DNA of 64,000 nucleotides from Isurus oxyrinchus (lineage: Eukaryota). Shown here piece by piece: positions 62,485-64,000 of the stretch (position 1 is its first letter; each line of letters starts with the position of its first letter). Made by a program: the position numbers and the translations under genes. Below the pieces are notes generated by a model, which was not told where the DNA came from, searched no databases, and saw only the letters and a list, made by a program, of their open reading frames with translations. The DNA is taken from NCBI GenBank assembly GCA_026770705.1, contig JANJGN010000557.1, forward strand, positions 310,001 to 374,000, in the 5' to 3' direction.

Positions 62485-63410
62485 TAGGATCAGGAGTAGG
62501 TCACTCAGTCCCTCGAACCTGCTCCGCCATTCAGTAAGATCATGGCTGATCTGATTGTCACCTCAACCTCACATTCCTGTCTACCCCCAATGACCTTTCA
62601 TCCCCTTGTTAATCAAGAATCTATCTAGCTCTGCCTTAAAAATATTCAAAGACCCTGTTTCCACTGCCTTTTGAGGCAGAGTGTTCCAAAGACTCACTAC
62701 CCTCTGAGAGAAAACATTTCGCCTCATCTCTATCTTAAATGAGCGACCCCTTATTTTTAAACCATGACCGCCTAGTTCTAGATTCTCACACAAGAGGGAA
62801 CATCCTCTCCATATCCACCCTGTCAAGACTCACCTGGATCTTAAAGGTTTTAATTAAGTCGCCTCTTACTCTTCTAAACTCCAGTGGATACAAACCTAAC
62901 CTGTCCAACCTGACCTCATAAGACAAACCACCCATTCCTGGTATTAGTCTAGTAAACCTTCTCTGAACTGCTTCTAATGCATTTACATCTTTCTTTAAGT
63001 AAGGTGACCTTACTGTACAGAGTACTCCAGATGTGGTCTCACCAGTGCCCTGTACAACTGAACATAACCTCCCTACTTTTCTATTCAATTCCCCCACAGT
63101 AAATTATAACATCCCATTAGCTTTCCTCATGACCTGCTGTATCTGCAAACCAGCCTTTTGTGATTCATGCACGAGGACACCCAGATCCCTCTGCATCTCA
63201 GAGCTCTACCATCTCTCACCTTTTAGATAATAATCTTCCTTCTTGTTCTTTCTGACAAAATGAACAATTTCACATGCGCCCACATTATACACCATTTGTC
63301 AGATCTTTGCCCACTCACTTAACCTATCGATGTCACTTTCTAACCACCCTACATCCTCTTCACAATTTACTTTCCAACCTATCTTTGTGTCAGCAGCTCA
63401 TTTAGCCGCC
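62485..63410 (-). mobile_element. CR1-type LINE 3' fragment
   Basis: LEAVQRRFTRLIPGM...RGDLIKTFKI and FSQRVVSLWNTLP. Confidence 0.85.
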
Positions 63411-64000
63411 ATTCCTGGGCAGTCCAGGTGCTTCTCCACCGAGGTTCAAATGAGCACAGTTTATATATTTTTTACTCTCAGTTACAAGGTAATGGTATTA
63501 GTTAGACGAAGGCCACAGCACAATGACCCTCCGGTGGGCTGATAATTGTGTTCTTGTACAGTAATTACAGGGCAGAGACTGGCTATTGTCCTTTTGAGAC
63601 AGCAAAGAATCTATGTTTGTTCGCTACAAAAGGTTTCCGGTGGCTGACTGGATGTGGTTCAAGGCCATCGGACGGTGTGAAATAACCTTCCCCATTTCTT
63701 GATTGAGTCACCCTGTGTCCTTGTGTGTGTGTCTCCCATTTCCTCATTGTAAATTTACAGCTGAGCCCTTTGTACAGGTTTTTAGCTTTCACGTAAGGAT
63801 GTGATTGTCTGTGTACGCTTTGTCACCCTAGCTGCTGGTCCTGGCTGGCTCTTTAAAATAAATCCAAATTTTCTGCACCTTCAATGAGATTCTCTCTTGT
63901 TGAAGCTGGTCATTGCCTGGCACTTGTGTGGCATGAATGTTACTTGTCACCTGTCAGCCCAAGCCTGGATGTTGTCCAGGTCTTGCTGCATTTGGACATA

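Overview
Eukaryotic, intron-rich vertebrate DNA, most likely a cartilaginous fish. That assignment is inferred from the CR1-type LINE, Penelope and 33-bp minisatellite content and was not verified. The window holds a cluster of Siglec-family (MAG/CD33/sialoadhesin-like) genes. Gene A (minus strand, about 43.4 kb to <1) has an unusual double-array architecture. It begins with ten tandem ~1.75-kb units, each with a putative PU.1/TATA-like promoter and a non-coding exon 1; nine also keep a 40-nt signal-peptide segment. These are followed by one V-set exon with the sialic-acid-binding Arg, one C2 exon, 18 near-identical 282-nt phase-1 Ig exons (one with a nonsense codon), an uncharged TM exon, and cytoplasmic exons that run off the window. 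Gene B (minus, about 48-53.6 kb) has intact C2, TM and cytoplasmic exons nearly identical to gene A but no leader or V exon on its strand here. Gene C (plus, about 55.4-61.4 kb) is a pseudogenised inverted paralogue with a diverged V domain and an Arg-containing, activating-type TM. The V-intron breakpoints of B and C coincide, suggesting an inversion of the promoter-leader-V cassette. Exon coordinates were read by hand from GT/AG boundaries; no expression data were available.
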